A DNA stretch of 64,000 nt. It comes from Callorhinchus milii. Its lineage: Eukaryota. Position numbers and translations under genes: made by a program. Within the stretch, counting starts at the first letter, position 1. Every line of letters begins with the position of its first letter. The stretch covers positions 110,796,001 through 110,860,000 of the forward strand of contig NW_024704743.1 of NCBI RefSeq assembly GCF_018977255.1, written 5' to 3'. Shown here one piece after another: positions 22,721-36,539 of this stretch. The notes beneath the pieces are model-generated. The model saw only the letters and a list, made by a program, of their open reading frames with translations. It had not been told where the DNA came from and made no database searches.

Positions 22721-25700
22721 ATTTACATTTTCACTTTCCTCCTCTTTCCTCTAAGCTCTGAATAAAATATGCTACAAAGTCCGTAGCAAGAGTGTAGAAG
22801 TTTTCTTATCAGAAGAAGTGCAGAAGACAACAGAAGGGCTTAGCTAGGTTAGCAGAGTCGGCAGATAAATGGAAATGAAATCAGTGGAGAAATGTGAAGT
22901 ATCACCTGCCGAAAGGGACATTAGAACAATTTGTTTTGTACAGAGGCTTTTGGAGTATGGAATGCGTTACCAGAAAGGGCTGTTGAAGCTAAATCCATAA
23001 CCGCATCTAATTGGGTAAATACTTGAGAAAGAAATAATATTGAAGAGTGCAAGGGAATGGATAAGAGTAGATGGTACCAGTGGGGGAGCTGGCTCCAGTA
23101 CAGACATGATAGCCTCCCACTGTGCTGTAAACGTTTTACAAGCTGCTACTTGCCAGACACTTGCGGACCAGCAATGCCCACGCACACACAGCATTCCTGG
23201 CCACCTGTCTACAACAGCTTTGAGGGGTTTGACCCACAAAATACACACAGTCACACCACTTTACAGTATATCCTGTGAATCGCTCTGAGACGTCTCGCTG
23301 ACGTGATAAGGCGCTATATCAAATGCAAGGATTATTTACAGCCGTATCCACAGAGCAGTTACTGAAAGTTTAAAGGGGCGGGGAGAATTGAACTAAAACA
23401 GATTTGCAGATTTCAAAAGGATGCTGGACATTAGTTTGAGCCATTTGTAATTATGGGCCAGGCTTGTATCTCCTTCATGCTGTGAAGCTTCTGTATCGGG
23501 GGTGACATGAGTTAGCTTGATTCCTGGAGAGAGTGACACGGGCACAGGCAGAAGCAGTGCCAGAAATCCGATGCTGTACTGCTCAGGCATATCTGCTGGT
23601 AATGATGGGTGTAGCCTCTGCTGTAGACATTAATCAGTGTGCTTCTGAAGAACACAGACCCCTCCAATGTAATTTGCTATCTAGAAAGTATCAGCAGCAG
23701 TGTGAATGATCTACAGTAATTCAGGACATAACCCTTCCATAAAATATCTGCTGGACATGCTCTATGCCTGTGGATCACTGCTCTCAAAAAGCTGTTCATG
23801 ATGATTTACTATCATTGTGCACAAGGTGCTAGAGATGAACATATTCAGCCCTTGTAGCAATTTCTCTGTCGATCTGATCAGTTGTTTTAAACAATGATGC
23901 TCAGTACATTCAGTACTTTTATACTGATGCTTATGATATAGTGCAGATGTCCGCCCTGATTACTGCAGAATGCCTAAAGCAATAATAATATTAAGTTATT
24001 CAGCGCAGACATTGTGATTTACAATAATTATGCTAGATGCCTCTTAGTAAATTACCATATTTTCCCCATTAGCGGAGACTGATGGGAATGTATGTCAGCT
24101 CTTGAGAATTCATATGTGTACATTTAATGTCTGTGTGACAGCTCTGCACTTCACTCGTTTGTATTGTATTTCAATCTGTCTGCTCCCCAACCACTCCTGG
24201 CAAAAGAAATCAGATCTAAAACTCATTACCTATTCTCCGGATGCTGGAGCCTAATGAGAGTGACATCACATAGTGGAACACAGTGCTCAGCTCTGCTTGC
24301 TTTACTGCCTCTCAGATGACTTTCTTGTTAGTTAATATGGTTTTATGGTAACCATTAGCTTCCTTTTTACAAAGGATTAGTTTGGTTGATTCAGATGACT
24401 TCCAGCCACCCTTACGACAATTAATATTTGCTCAGAAAAAAATACATACGAATGATTTGATTTCAGGTACCTTCAGGATTTCCAAGAATTCAGGAGTATT
24501 TGGAGCTGGTGCAAAGTCTTTCCAACTGCTCAGGGTGTCCCAGTAGGACATGTTTTATGAGCATATTGCCATACCTGGCCAATGTAGGAATCCAGCCAAT
24601 GTGAAGGGGGCTATACAAGTGTAATTTGTTGTAGTTTTTGTTTATACTGTGTGCACCTCCCTCCCTTAACCTTGTAATTGACTCAGAAAAGAAGCTGTCA
24701 CACTACAAAATGAAGAAGGCTCTTTGGGTCACTTGATCTCTTACAGAATTCCCACCCTATTGTCTTACCATTACAGCATCAAGCTGTTTCTGAAATAAGG
24801 GTCAGGGTTCTGGAGAGTAAATATAATAATAATAATAAAGAATAATTATTGCATTTGATGTAGCGCCTTATCACATCTTCAAGATGTCCCAAAGCGCTTC
24901 ACAGGATTCCATTGTGAAGTGTAGTGTTTTGTTGGCAGATGCGACAGCCAATTTGCGCACAGCAACAAACAGCCATGAAGTGAGTGACTGGTTTTATCTA
25001 ACTGTTTACAATTGTCAGGAAAATCTGTGCAGATATATTACTGAAGCTTACTATAGTTCACGTTAACATCATGTGACTGATTGGGAGGAAAGCTGTTGAC
25101 AATGACCAAAACCCAAACTATTGTCAGCTCTCTTCCAGACTGATCTGTTGTAGGTTTCCAACATTTGTTGTTTTTATTTCAAATTTCCAGCGTACAATAA
25201 ATTTTCTATTTGATTCTATGAAATTAATAAACCTCAAAGAAAAGCTAAAAATTGAGAGAGTGTCTTTTTCATAATAGCGATTATTTTATTTCTGTGTCAT
25301 TAACTCCTTTTTTAAAAAAAAGTAGATAGATACAGTCGGCATTTACATGGTTAGAGATGACATTCAAGGTTATAGGGATAGGTATAAATAGAGATGATCA
25401 AATACACTGTGGATCATGGTCATGCTGCTGAGACCATCTGTGGAAAGCAACTGGCCAGAGCTGAATAATAGGGATGTCAGGGTAGACAGATATTCAGAGT
25501 TTCGATCTATTATCTTTGGGGAATCAAGGAAAACATTTGTAACAGAATATGGGAGTTCAGTTTGTTCTCTCTCCCACCACCCCCTCCACACCCGCCCCCC
25601 ACAATTGGAGCTGCCCAATAAGCAAGCCCCTGTTCTCTCCAACTCTCCCAAAATCCCTCCCTCAAAACCTTCCTAAATCCTTTCACCTTGGCTTGGTTTG

Positions 25701-25789
25701 ATTTCCTCAACCTGCTCCCTCCTCTCACTTTGTTCAGTGATCTATTTTGTCTCTGTAAAGTACTTTCAGACACTAGCCTAATAATTAGT

Positions 25790-26167
25790 AATAATGATAA
25801 TAATCCTTGCATTTGATATAATGCCTTATCATGCCTTTGAGATGATTCAAAGCGCTTCACAGAATATACTGTAAAATGAATTGACTGTAATATTTTGTGG
25901 GCGAAACGTGGCAGCCAATTGTGCACAGCAGCGCCCCACAAACACTTGTGGATTGAGTGACCAATTATTTATTTATTTTGAAGGAACTATTACCCCCAGA
26001 AATGCGATTCGCCAATCGACTAATGACTGGGTTTTTACCTACTGATAGGGAAACAGAGGCATGTGGAGTAAGCAAACTTCCCCAACGTTTCGCCCTACTG
26101 GGAATCAAACCCAAGTCTCTCGTTTGCGAGGCGAGTGCTCTAACCACTGAGCTACAGGTCTACTCCA
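25790..26167 (-). mobile_element. Full-length tRNA-headed SINE (long-body subfamily)
   Basis: Reverse complement of head gcgagtgctctaaccactgagctacag, body and tail. Confidence 0.88.
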
Positions 26168-26214
26168 GTGGTATTTCAGTGCAAGTTATTATTGTTATAA
26201 ATAATTGGAGAAAG

Positions 26215-27490
26215 TTATAGGAACAGGAGTAGGCCATTCAGTCCTTCGAGCCTGTTCCACCATTTAATTAGATCATGGCTGATCTGTACCTCAACTAATC
26301 CTTTCAATTCCAATTTCCTGCTTGCTCCCAATATCCCTTAATACCCTGACCTATCAAAAAATCTATCAACCTCACTCTTGAAGGTGTGGATTAAGTAATC
26401 CAGCATCCATGGCCTTTTGGGGGAGAGAATTCCATATTTCTACTACCTCTGAGTGAAAAAAAAGCTTTCTGATTTCACTCTTAAATGAGAGACCTGGGTT
26501 CGATTCCCAGCAGGGTGAAACCTTGGGCAAGTTTCCTTACTCCACACCCCTGATATTAATCCCTCAAGAAAAAAAACAAGAAAATTGGTCACTTCAATCC
26601 GCGACTGTTTGTGGGACACTGCTGTGTGCAATTGGCTGCAGCCTTTCGCCCACAAATATACAGTCAATTCACTTTACAGTCTATTCTGTGAAGAGCTTTG
26701 AGACGTCTAGAAGACATGAAAAGTGCTATATCAAATGCAAGGATTATTATTATTATTAAATGGCCTGGTTCTAATTTTGAGACTATGCCCCATGTTTTGG
26801 ATTCCCCCACCAGAGGAAATAGCTTCTCTGTATCTACCCTATTGAATCCCTTTATCATCTTAAATAACCCACAAATCACCCCTCAACCATCTAAACTCAA
26901 AGGAATGCAATCCAATTTTACTCAGCCTTGCTCGTATCTTAACCCTTTTAGGCCTGGTAATATTCTGGTGAACTTACGCTGCATTCCTCCAGGACCAATA
27001 TATCTTTACTGAGGTGTTGTGCCCAAAACTGAATGCAGTACTCCAGATGGGGTCTGACTAACACTCCATACAGCTGAAGCATTATTTCTTGCCCTTTGTA
27101 TTCCATGCCCCTTGAGATAAAGGTTTTTTTCATCCATAGTGGATGACCCTGCACTTCCCTATATTGAACTCCATCTGCCACAGTTTTGCCCACTCACTTA
27201 ATCCCTTTGTAACTTTCTATTCCCATCTATGCAGTTTACTGAGCCTCCTACCTTAGTGTCGTCTGCAAACTTGGATATAAAACTTTCTATTCCTTCATCC
27301 AAGTCATTCATATGTATGGCGAACACTTGTCACGTCCCACCAATCAGAGAACGTTCACTTTATCCCTACTCTCTGTTTTGTGCCTCCCAATCAATTACCA
27401 AGCCACGTCACAAGGTTACCTCCAACTCCATGCGCTTCCATTTTCGCTAATAATCTTTTGTGTGGAACCTTATCAAATGCCTTCTGATGA
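26215..27490 (-). mobile_element. CR1 3' fragment interrupted by a SINE
   Basis: Minus translations ISRGMEYKGQEIMLQLYGVLVRPHLEYCIQFW and FKMIKGFNRVDTEKLFPLVGES; CR1-type 3' UTR. Confidence 0.88.
26488..26755 (+). mobile_element. 5'-truncated SINE (short-body subfamily) nested in CR1, TSD ttaaatg
   Basis: ttaaatg at 26481-26487 and 26756-26762; the CR1 sequence is continuous when the SINE is removed. Confidence 0.88.
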
Positions 27491-27539
27491 TGGAACATAG
27501 TGTTTCTGGTTTGTGGAAGGAGCGGAGATGCAATGAGCC

Positions 27540-27740
27540 ATAATAATAATCCTCACATTCGATAAAGCCCCTTTCATACCGGGAGGACGTCTCAAAAGTG
27601 CTTCACAGGATATACTGTAAAGTGTAGTGTCTGTGTAATTTGAAGGCAAACGCAGTAGCCAATGTACACACAGCAATGTCCTACAAACAGCCATGAAGTG
27701 AATGACCAATTTTATTTTGGGAGATGGTTAGCCAGGGAAA
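27540..27740 (-). mobile_element. SINE 3' half
   Basis: Reverse-complement SINE tail. Confidence 0.7.
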
Positions 27741-28029
27741 CTCCCTTTTCTTTTCAAGATGATATGTATCACTGAATATATAGATTAAAAAGCCCCACCA
27801 CTCTGATGGGCCTTTACTCTTCTGTTTCAATCCAAAAAGTGCACAGAGGATTGCATTTCAGAGGAAACCACTCCTCAGTAAAGTGCCCTTAGTGGAGTAA
27901 CCTGCAATTTGTATTTCATTGCAGTTCATTCAAAGCTATAAACAGCTCCATAGTAACACTGCAAAATGAAGTCTACTGATATTGGAGGCATTTTTTTTAT
28001 TTCCAGCTCACAACAGATTGCTGACTAAA

Positions 28030-28275
28030 GATCTTGTCACTATTTGTAAAAAAAAAGGAGTTTCTTTTTTCCGGTGTACTGGCCAACAATCCCCCAAATA
28101 AAATTGATCATTCAGTTCATGACTGTTTGTGTGACATTGCTATGTGCAAATTGGTTGCCGCATTCACCCACAAACACCCAGTCTCTTCACTTCACAATAT
28201 ATCCTGTGAAGCGCTTTGGGACATCCTGCTAATGTGAAAGGCGCTATGTCAAATGTAAGAATTATTAGTATTATT
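28030..28275 (+). mobile_element. DeuSINE-like 3' half
   Basis: ggtgtactggccaacaatccccc...gcgctttgggacatcc...attattag. Confidence 0.7.
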
Positions 28276-28399
28276 AAAGTAGTAAGTGGAACAGAGGGTT
28301 AAACTTTAGGTATTGTGTAATATTTATGTGGAATAAGTGTTCTATTAATCATATCTTTATTTGAGAGATTTGTTCACCAGCCTATCCAATATAATGTAT

Positions 28400-28736
28400 A
28401 ATAATTCTTGAGTTTGATACAATGCCTTATCATGTCAAAACATTTCACTGAGGTTAATATGAAGTGTAGTAACTGTTTATTTGAGGGCATGCAAAAACGG
28501 CAGATGAAGTGAATAACTAATTTTATCTGGGAGACTGTTGGCTAGGACACCAGGAGAAATTCACTCCTCTTTTCCATTTGTGTCATGGGATCTTTGATAT
28601 CCACGTGAACAGGCAGTTTAACATCCCATCCAAATGATAGCATCTCTGACATTGGACTGCAGTGCACTGGCTGTGGGGCTTGAACCCACAGCCTTCTGAC
28701 TCGGAGGACAGAGCGCTAAAAACTAAATCAGGCTGA
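28400..28736 (-). mobile_element. Old DeuSINE-like element
   Basis: gtcatgggatctttgatatccacgtgaacag...ggggcttgaacccacagccttctgactcggagg. Confidence 0.7.
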
Positions 28737-30370
28737 CACATTCTCCCAATATTTGAAACAACATGAAAATTAAGTCATAGTATTTAATAGTGACCAAGGT
28801 TGAGACATCAGGGTGAAAATTGCCACATGTGATGTGGTCATACTATTCAAAACTTTGAGTTTGAACCAGTGGATAGCCGAAAACTCACAGTCACAAAATT
28901 CCTGAAAAGACCAGAGTGCAGACACTTTGTTCACTGGGATTTTTTGGGAGGGCCTTTGATGTCTTTAAGGAATCTCACAAATTGATGTGTGGAAACCTGC
29001 AGTTGTAATTAACACAACAATTTCAGTTTGTGAATATCGCAAATTACACCAGGCTACAGTAAATCTAGGCAACACAGTGGAGCCCTATAATAATGCAGTG
29101 GTTGAGATCCATAAAATCCCAGGCCCCATTATAACGAGGCCAATAACTGGTTTCACCACAGCCAGCCGATCGGTTCCCATGCTTTTTTTTAAAAAAAAAC
29201 AACTTCCAGGTTATCAGGCAGCCAGTGACATTGCTACAGTACCAACCTGGTGACCCAGAAGTTAGCAACATTTTAGTGTGGGAAGTTACAATGGCCCAAC
29301 TCCAGCTCACTGTCAATGTCACTTCTTGCTTTGTGTGCGCAGCAAATGGGAAGTGATGTTGCGATCACCTAATGATCTGGAAACTGGGCAATTTTAGCAC
29401 AAAAGGTGGGTGGGAAGTGAGCAGAAAATGTGCAGTGAATTGGATCACATTCCTACAACATTGAGGGCAATAGTAATACCGGTAACCACTAACTTGCTTG
29501 AGATCACCTCACATTCACACTTCAAACCTCTGATCTTTGTGGCTTTATTGTTGCACGAGTTGGCACTGTTACCCACTAGGCCACGGAGAAGAAAGAGTTT
29601 CGTACTTGCTCGTGAGATGAAATGTGAAGCTGCAAGCTCCACAGAAACAGCACGTTGTTCCTTCCAGATCTCTTCACTTCACAGAGTTAAAATGGGCCAT
29701 TTGTTAGGGTCAATTAGCACAGGGGAGGATCAAACAGGAAAATGCGGTCCCAAGTTCAAGAAGCGTGACAGACCATGCCTTACGATGACAAACCCATTAG
29801 CCTCAAAACCATTAATGGGATTGATGTCCAGTAGTAAATAGAATATTATCTGGTTAAAACTAACCAAAGAAAATGGAAGCCAACGCAACTTCAAAAAGGT
29901 AGATCTTGCCAGATCAATCTTCTTTGATGTTTTTGAGGTGTTGACATGAGGAAGTCGATAGTTTTCCTACATATCTAAAAGGCATGCATCAACGCACCAC
30001 ATGAGAAATTTCTTTAAAAACTAATGTCAATGGCTAATCAACAGTAAACCATGGATGAGGATCAGCAACTGGTTGAGGGCAAGGAAGCAGAGGATTGTCA
30101 TGAGGAAATAAGGGAAGGTATTGTATAGGTTGACTCTTGGGTCCATGGTGGGACAATTACGGATAACTCCATGGTCGGGAACAGCAACAACAAAATTCAA
30201 CAACAACAACAAAATTACATTTGTATAACGCCTTCCACGTTGGGAGGACGTCCCGAGGCACTGATGGAGGGGGCAGGAGAGAGAAAAACTGTGGAATTAG
30301 ATAAAGCAGCATAGATCTTACAAAGAGTCTGTATAAAACTGCTGTTAACCTTGTTGTTTCTATGTGTTAG

Positions 30371-30471
30371 ATCTCCCCAAACCACAGCCTTGCCATGGGA
30401 ATCAAGGACCATCGCCAGCTGCCTCTCTCTGCACTCTCCTCTCCACCCAGACCTGCACTCAGTGCAGCAAG
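30371..30471 (+). CDS. ZNF704: ZNF704-like exon: ISPNHSLAMGIKDHRQLPLSALSSPPRPALSAA(R)
   Basis: Acceptor tttctatgtgttag|, donor aag|gtgtgg, 101 nt. Phase 0 to 2 bridges the flanking exons exactly; xSP...LSSPPR pattern as in the penultimate ZNF704 exon. Confidence 0.82.
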
Positions 30472-32391
30472 GTGTGGTAGCTGTTTCTCTGTAGAGTGTG
30501 TGTGTGTGTGTGCATGTACAGCCAGAGGGAGGGGAGTGGAGAGGGAAAGAAAAGTGCTTGTTTTTTAAACAACATCTGTAGCATACCATAGTCAGAATTT
30601 GCACTTCAGCAAAGTAATTCTAACAACAAAATCATGTTTCAACTCTGAGCAGATTACTTGTTGGGTCAGGTCCAAATGGCCTTTTATGCTCAGTGTAGGA
30701 TTCCTGTGAAAGGATAGAATGAAAAAGAAACAGGCCACAAAGCTGGGAAAACATCCAGTTACAAGATATGTTACTGGCGTTTCTAAAATAGCTTCCATCT
30801 GCTTCCCAGGCAGAAACCTTGAAACACTGATAGCATTTCTGTATCATATCCAAAGGTTCAACAACGTTTTTTCTCTTCAGTTATTATCTCATTATGTAGA
30901 ACCTAGCAAGCCCACATTTCTCAGCAAGTTGGCTTGTTCTAGTCATCTTTAAGATGTAGCCTTTTTAAAATCATTTAATGGTTATTGTGTTCCTTCCCCT
31001 AAAGGTTCCAAACTCACCGATTATCCCCTGGACTGTTCAACTCCATTCTCTGAAATTAGCAAAAGTTAAATATGCATTTATTAATGGCTGAAAGTGAAAG
31101 TGTAATTGTGAATCTGAAAGTTCATAGCGTTTACTTAAAAACAACACTAATTCTTTAACTTTTAAAATGCAGTAATGGATCAGAATAACACAGACAAATA
31201 TGACCTTGTTTTGGTTTCACAATTGGAGACAATTTCCACCTGGATCTAGATTTACTCTGTTTGTATGGAGCATTTTAGAGCAAGAAGAATTTGACAAATT
31301 GTTGTCCCCACACAGCCACTACTCGAATCCTGCGATCACTTCCACCTTGACTAGCAAAGGAAAGAAATGGAAATGAATCATCACAACATTTTTGAATATG
31401 TCGTCCATTGGTGTTAACTTTCCAATATTATCACGTACATGTTATGCTACCAATACACCATCACTTTTCTGCATCACTATTGCCATGTTGTCCTATAATC
31501 AATACAACACTGTTGGAGCTGCATTAATATGCTCATCTTGTCCTTCCTTTATAACAACAACAAAATTACATTTATATAATGCTTTTCATGTCGGAAGGAC
31601 ATCCCAAGGTGCTGCACGATGTCACAACTCATGAGTACATGGAAACTCAAAATTCTGAACTTTACAAGCATTTTGTCTTAGATTTAAGATTGTACAGATT
31701 TGTCAAAATTTCTCAAGTTCAGTATTAAGCTGTTTTTCCACAGCTCTTGAAAAGGTCTGGCTTCTAAATTAAGACTGAATTTAAAATTTTTCCACATTCC
31801 TCAGCATCTTAAATTTTAAGATGGAAACAGTCCTGCCGCATGAAGTGAAATTTTAGGTTTCTGAAGAGGTGCGTTGTTGCAAAGTGCATTTGGGCCAAAA
31901 TGCAAAAAAATTAGTTTCTGTAGAATCACTCTCAGTAGAAAGCTGTCCTTATCACATGACCCTCTTTATGGTCAAAAGTAAATCCCTTAGCTGAAAGTGC
32001 ACCATTAACTAACCGCTTTCAAATCCAGTCATTCAAGGTTCAAAATTGCACTTTAATTTTGGCTGAGATTCAAAAAGTATGACCACATCAGTGGAACAGC
32101 ACAGATGGAACATAAAACTGGCAAAAGAAATAAGATATGTTCTAAAATGTTAAATGTTTGCAGCGGTTTTAATAGCAGATCCAGTTTTTGTTAAAATAAA
32201 TAGATTTTTGTGAGTAAATGCAGTTGAAACTGGCCTAATATAAATGGGTCTTAACAGGTTTCTTAATCCGAATGTATTTTTCAGCGTGCACAATGTTATA
32301 GAAATTTGCTAATTATTCACATTTCTTTTTGAGCAATCCCACCACTGGCAGCCCTGGGATCAATTGACCTTTTCTTGTTTTCTGCTGCCAG

Positions 32392-32503
32392 AAAAATTCG
32401 CGGGGAAGGAAAGAAATGCCGCAAAGTGTATGGAATGGAAAACCGAGACATGTGGTGTACTGCCTGTCGCTGGAAGAAAGCTTGCCAGAGGTTTATTGAT
32501 TAG
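32392..32503 (+). CDS. ZNF704: ZNF704-like terminal coding exon, C-clamp (CR3) domain: (R)[36 protein letters not shown]
   Basis: Acceptor ttttctgctgccag|a, stop TAG at 32501-32503. Basic stretch plus four cysteines of the C-clamp shared by ZNF395/ZNF704/SLC2A4RG and TCF E-tail isoforms. Confidence 0.96.
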
Positions 32504-34864
32504 AGGATTTCCCTGGAGGGTCTTTCAGAAGATTCCTGGTGCAGCTATGTAACGTGTAGGTTTTTGAAGCACTTAACTCTTTTTTTTGTGGGGAGGGTGG
32601 GGGGTTGATTTTGTAAACTTTAGCAACACTCGTATCCAACAAGGTGCACTTAAAGGAAAGCTGTGTGGGAGTGGGTAGCAACCACAGATTGTTCAGATAT
32701 CAGGCACAAAAGATTGTATTCTGATTGGAAATCTTCTGCGAGCAGCTGGACTAATGTGATTAGGAGTTTCTGAAGTGTCTGTTCCTGCACTGGAACATCT
32801 GTCTGGCTAAGAAATTAAGTAATTTGCTATGTTTTATATCTTAATTTGAAGATTTACCAAGACACCCGGGGAAGCTCTGATCAGGTCAGAACTTCTTCCG
32901 TTGCCTGTGAAAGGCACCTCCCAAGTGAAACACTTGCGCAATTTATCTTTTGATGTGACGTTACTTTTCTGGTAGGCAATATAAGCTATTTTTTACTAAT
33001 CCCAACTACAGCACACGTGCTAAGAGGAACACTGATATAGAAACATTACAACAATATGTGTCTTAACTTCTCTGGACGACGAAAATATGGAAGAACAAGA
33101 TGGAGTTGAAGAGAGGGAGAGCTAGGCCATGACGTCCACTTCTAAAACTGAATCGGTTGAGCTACATCTTTAAGAAGACACCACAGAACACCAGCCAAGA
33201 TCAATAGGAACTTCTGCTTAAAAGAATTAAAGAAATTATCAGCTTTATTGCTTTGTATTACAAGCTAGTGGACCCTTTAGGGATGTGCATTGAACTGGAA
33301 CAGTAAACAAGGACAGTGCAAGTGAATTAATACCAGCCTTGCTTAACATTGCAGTACATTGAGACAAGCAGATTTCTTTCCATTTTGTCTCCAATTCCCT
33401 AACCATTTGTAAACTTTCTCCAACATGTGAAATGACCGACCAATTAACTGAAAGCTCATGGGGAGAAATCCCACCTGGCTCCAGATATCCTCTCTAGGTA
33501 TTCATTCAGTGCTTCCAGAATTTGGCAAATTGTTCAACTTTGTCTTAACCTCAAAGTCTGTTTCATATAGTTTCTTAAAAGAACTTACAAAAAAAAGGCC
33601 TGAAAATTAATGCTGTGTTTATGAATTTGCCACATTCTGGATGCTCTGAAATGCTATGCAAGTTAAGTAAATGTAGAGCCTGGTGCAAGTCCTCACCATT
33701 AGTAGGGTTGAGAGAATGGTTGAACAGGAAATTCGCAGGCTAAATAACCCTAGCACCAGAGGAGTGCTTGAGGGTGTCAAGTGCTTCTCGTGTATGTCAT
33801 GATACTCACGACCCACAGGAAACTCTGGTCAGAGGTGATCTCAGGTCGGAGTGGAGTTCTTGTGAACCCACAGCACCTTCTCCTGTGCTCGTGCCATTTA
33901 CACTGCAGTTCTTCCTACTCAAACCCTGATTCAAACACATTATTCATCTATTGGTGTTAATTGTGTTTTATTGTTCAGTGACATGAGATACTCTTCACAC
34001 TGTGCAAGCTGCAGGATGTAATTAACTTCTTACCTGTCAACATAGTAACTGTGTTAGCAGTTTATAATGGGAATGGTGTGTGTTACTAATGGACGGTTCT
34101 TGTACTAAGAGGCAGTGCATAGAAATGCGCTCCCTGGGAAAAAATCATTTAAATTGCAGACAGTGGCTCCTAAAATGCAAGTATTATCCTGACATAGGAG
34201 GCTCTGACCAGAGAACCAATGTACCATCACTAATATGGTAGCTGTGCTCTCCTCACACAAATGGAATATGATATGTGGCACTCAAAGAACAGCCATTGTA
34301 TTATCAAATTCTCACTGTGGGGAAGCTGAAAGATTACTAACTATTGCCATCTGTTTTTCACTGTGTTAAGCTGAGTAATGCTGCTAGTCCAGGAAACATC
34401 TCAACTTGTTTCTTAACCTGGAACACCACAACAAGCAGAGTTAAGATGATTGAAGATCTCATTAAATTGTGTGGGAGACCACAGGAGCAGAGATTTGGAG
34501 ACGGGAGGTAGATTTAGCACTTAGCCAAATGACTTTCAAGTGCCATTCAATATTAATCACCTTAATGTAATGTGCATTAGTCCTAAAAATATGAAATGCA
34601 CTGCTGTACTTCGAAAAGGAAAAGACTTTCTGAAATGAAGCCGCAAAAAGTATTTGCAAATAGCAGCTGGTTACCCTCTGCATAGTGGGAACTAGCAATT
34701 CCTAAAGCAAACATAATTGAACGTGTTTAACTGCAACCATGAAGAACATTACCAGGAATGCACTATTATTATACTAACTAAAATATTGTTTATATTTATG
34801 TTTATACACAAGTGGTCTACCTTGTGGAAGTTAAATGGTTTCCATGGCCTTTTATTATTTTTAC

Positions 34865-35060
34865 ATAGATTTACAGAGATCGTACAGCACAAACAGTCCA
34901 TTTACCCCCAAGTGGTCTATGCCGGTGTTTATTACTACACATGAGTCTCCACCCCTCCTTACTCCCTCTCATACCCTTCTATTCCCTTCTCTGTCATGTC
35001 TTCCTCTTAAATGCATCTATACTATCTGTTTCAACCACTGCTTCAGCCAGGGAGTTCCAC
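34865..35060 (-). mobile_element. CR1 3' end relic
   Basis: Similar to the CR1 3' UTR at 14400-14610 (ggtctatgccggtgttta...cctcttaaatgcatctatact). Confidence 0.6.
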
Positions 35061-35654
35061 TAAATTTCACTTGATTCTTCTGCCTTGAGGGATGGTGATG
35101 TAAGCCAGCTCCTGTCCCATGCACTTCCTGTAGAAGCCAGCAATCATTTTGTCACCTGCCTTCTGTATTCATGGACTAAACTTGTCAAGTCAGTGAGGCA
35201 ATGCTTATGGCCTGTGTGTGTTTAAAAGGGTGTGGATACCTGCAGGCTTCCCATTCTGGCAGCATTATCCAGCAGAACACAAACACACACGTGAAGTCGC
35301 TTTGCACCAGGCACTGTTATTCAGCTTTTCGTTTTGCCCTGAAACCACTACGTTTCTGTCAAGCACAGTGATTGTTTTTATTTGTCAGGGGTGGGGTTGG
35401 GGTGGGCGGAATTGGAATAATTTTTAAAAGTTGTCTTCAAAAGTATATTTTGTAAAAAAGAAAAAGGGGGAATATATAATATATATATTATATATAACAA
35501 CATCTGGACTTGGGGTTTAGAGCCCCTTAAATTATCGGCCGATAATTGTGACATTCTCTTTGTACTTTATGTGAAAGACTCATGGGTTCCTGATTGATAG
35601 CATCAGTACAGTTCCTGCAGGCTAGTTTGCACTGCTGGACCAAATGTGACCATA

Positions 35655-35850
35655 TGTATGAATTTGACAGTGTTAATAAGTTGACTGTGTTTATGAGTGG
35701 AACAGTGTGTATGAGTGCGGCAGTGTATATGAGTGTGACTATGAGTGTAACGCTGTGTATGAGTGACTGGCTGTATGAGTGTGACAGTGTTTGTGAATAT
35801 AACAGTGTATATGATTATGACAGTGTTTGTGAGTGTGACATTATTAGTGA
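35655..35850 (+). repeat. Degenerate ~18-bp minisatellite (gtatgagtgtgacagtgt-like)
   Basis: Repeated atgagtgtgacagtgt variants. Confidence 0.75.
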
Positions 35851-36539
35851 ATGATGCAGTTAAGGACATAAGGAAGTAGGTGGTACATAAGTTCATGAAA
35901 ATCTTCTGAGGTTTGGTGAACCTTTTTTTAGTCCAGGCTTCAGGATGTTTGCACATCCCTACTTGTTCCTTATACATATGTACATAAATGCCTCTTGTGA
36001 ATGTATTGTGAACATGTTTCTTGTATTCCCTTGTGATTGCCCCAGGGATTTTTCTCTCTCTCTGAATTACAGGAATGCTTATCTTCTCCACTGAGTCAGT
36101 AGTACCACTTACATTTCACTGTTTTCACTCTCGTTGTGTTGTTAGCACGAGACCGTCTGGAATGCAAGGTGCTGGGTTCTCAAGGTGCCAAGTCAACAAG
36201 GCCAGACTTTTATTTCTCTTGTCTAGGCAGAAGTCTACCTTTGAGCCAGATTTGGGATGCTTTTAACTAAAGAATTTGCACTTAAAAATTCATCATCACT
36301 CAACAAGAGCAGCTCACACTCCCAAAGTGCTCAAAAAAGTAATTGAGGAACAGTAAATCTCAATGACGCTTGTTAACTGTACATCTCCAAGTTGACCAAT
36401 ATGAGCTAACGTCATGTGTTGGCTGGTGGAGTTTGATACTATTTTCCATAAACTTAGGTCAGTTTCATTATAAATTATTAGGATTATAAGAATCAGCAAC
36501 CTTCCTACCCTTCTTGGCCATATCTGATAGAGTAATGAT

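Noticed and set aside
35594..36091. Overlapping ORFs on both strands
   Set aside because: They arise from the degenerate 18-bp minisatellite.
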